Source of the DNA: Methanocellales archaeon
Lineage (GTDB): Archaea; Halobacteriota; JAWCLZ01
Length of the DNA stretch: 15,844 nucleotides
NCBI GenBank assembly: GCA_038850285.1
Contig: JAWCMA010000025.1
Location: forward strand, 347 to 16,190
Direction: 5' to 3'
The position numbers and the translations under genes were made by a program. The notes beneath the pieces were generated by a model. It was not told the origin of the DNA, did not search any database, and worked only from the letters and a program-made list of their open reading frames with translations. Positions 14,601 through 15,844 of this stretch are shown here, piece after piece; the first letter of the stretch is position 1; each line of letters begins with the position of its first letter.

Positions 14601-15844
14601 GCTCCTACTTTGATTTCATAGGGCTGCGTTAGATATTTCTCATCGACTGGATAGCGCGATAGTGTAACGGAGTAGTATTTCTGGAATTTCTTTGCAATAT
14701 CCTTCTCCACTTCCTTCATTAATTCTTCCTCAACCTTTGGATTGGTCCAGAAAGTCTTGCCTTCAACTTCTTTTATTATTTCTCCATCTTTAACCACTAT
14801 TTCCCCGCCTTTTATGGTATACTTCGCTCTGGCAAATGCTCTTTCAACTTCTTTATATTGCTTCGAGGGATCTAGTTCTCTTGGCTTTATATTGTATATT
14901 GAGACATCGCCATCTGCGCCTATTCCTAGGTGCCCTTTGCCATATTTCACAAGTCCCAGTGATTTAGCTTGACCAGCTCGAGTGGTAATTGCAATTTCAT
15001 TCCAGTCAAGCTCGCGGGTTATCGAGGGGAGTACTGCGCGTTGAGTGATAACTGAGTGGCATTGCTTAATTACCTCTTCTCTATATTTAGCGCTCATCAA
15101 TAGTGCTATTATATTTGGATAGCCTGTGAATGGCCCGCCATTGGGGTGATCGGTTTGCATCATTACCTTCCATTGATCCTTTATTAAGAGATTAAGCTCA
15201 AGGCCAATTGCCCACTGTATAGCCCCAACGGGACTCTTTGGGGAGTAGAAAACAGGGATAATTCCAGCTCCAGTTTCGAGTTCAACATCGTTGTTGCTCC
15301 ACTTCCGCTTGGTCAAGACATATAAATTATACTCCATTGGTCCATCTGCGGTCATTGTAGTGGTATCGCCGAATATCACTGCTCCAGTGTCAATTGTTAT
15401 GTTATCCGCTTTATTAATGTAGTCTGCTATTGCATCTGCTTTTGAGGCAAAATCCCGCCAACTAGCGCCTCCATAAGAGTGGAATTGCGTATGGGTGGCA
15501 TGCATTACCTGCCGCTCTTTATTCTTCAAGTCCTTTACAACATCGTAAGTATCAAGCGTCACTGGGTAGTTGCCAGGATGTCCAAGGCGATTGCAGTGGA
15601 TATGAATAGAGTGAGGTAATCCCAAGAACTCATTTACCTCTGCAAGGCTTCTTATAATTTCAGCTGGGGTAACTCCAAAGTGGGGCGCTGGTTCGCGAAT
15701 GCTACTTACATTTTTACCCCACCCCCAAGCCTCGACTCCAGCTGGGTTAACGATTTTAACCCCATAGCCCTTAGTTGCTCTTAAAAGCCAAGCTACAAAT
15801 GCAATTAGTTTTTCCTTCTGCCCAGTTCTTATGTATTCAAAAAC
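14597..15844 (-). CDS. fwdA: Formylmethanofuran dehydrogenase subunit A (amidohydrolase; partial, start lies beyond the window)
   Basis: Frame is open to the window edge (VFEYIRTGQKEKLIAFVAWLLRATKGYGVKIVNPAGVEAWGW...). LPHSIHIHCN, HTQFHSYGG, TTTMTADGP, QWAIGLEL, TDHPNGGPF and KGHLGIGADGD motifs. Confidence 0.96.
   Translation of the reverse strand, partial: VFEYIRTGQKEKLIAFVAWLLRATKGYGVKIVNPAGVEAWGWGKNVSSIREPAPHFGVTPAEIIRSLAEVNEFLGLPHSIHIHCNRLGHPGNYPVTLDTYDVVKDLKNKERQVMHATHTQFHSYGGASWRDFASKADAIADYINKADNITIDTGAVIFGDTTTMTADGPMEYNLYVLTKRKWSNNDVELETGAGIIPVFYSPKSPVGAIQWAIGLELNLLIKDQWKVMMQTDHPNGGPFTGYPNIIALLMSAKYREEVIKQCHSVITQRAVLPSITRELDWNEIAITTRAGQAKSLGLVKYGKGHLGIGADGDVSIYNIKPRELDPSKQYKEVERAFARAKYTIKGGEIVVKDGEIIKEVEGKTFWTNPKVEEELMKEVEKDIAKKFQKYYSVTLSRYPVDEKYLTQPYEIKVGA

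Noticed and set aside
9692-14972. Short plus-strand ORFs over the GXGXG, GTPase, fwdC and fwdA genes, including Pro-rich periodic ones
   Set aside because: These are mirror translations; the Pro/Ile periodicity is simply the reverse complement of Gly-rich coils.
13827-15844. Assigning tungsten (fwd) versus molybdenum (fmd) specificity
   Set aside because: Subunits A and C do not bind the pterin metal, so the fwd symbols are nominal only.

Overview
Archaeal chromosomal window, most consistent with a Methanomicrobia/Halobacteriota-type archaeon (formylmethanofuran dehydrogenase genes, presenilin-family protease, NOG1 GTPase, class III signal peptides); finer taxonomy cannot be fixed from sequence alone. 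Positions 1-6817 (+) hold the distal part of a tightly coupled operon of type IV pilin-like genes. One is a 1586-aa giant with nested domains: a pilin N-terminus and a PKD domain, then a split DUF11-like Ig domain enclosing a split vWA domain, which itself carries a ~970-aa insert of PPC-like domains, Ig-like repeats and a PA14 lectin-like domain. Next come an SPL-like radical SAM gene and an fwdG-fwdB-fwdD-like cluster behind a perfect palindrome. Its FwdB paralogue lacks the metal-ligating Cys/Sec and the RGH active-site motif. The rest comprises a stand-alone GXGXG beta-helix gene (-), a PFL-activating-enzyme-like radical SAM gene, the presenilin-like protease, the NOG1 GTPase (-) and canonical fwdC plus a 5'-truncated fwdA (-). 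No RNA genes, CRISPR arrays or mobile elements were seen. All domain calls come from motif reading by eye, not from database searches.
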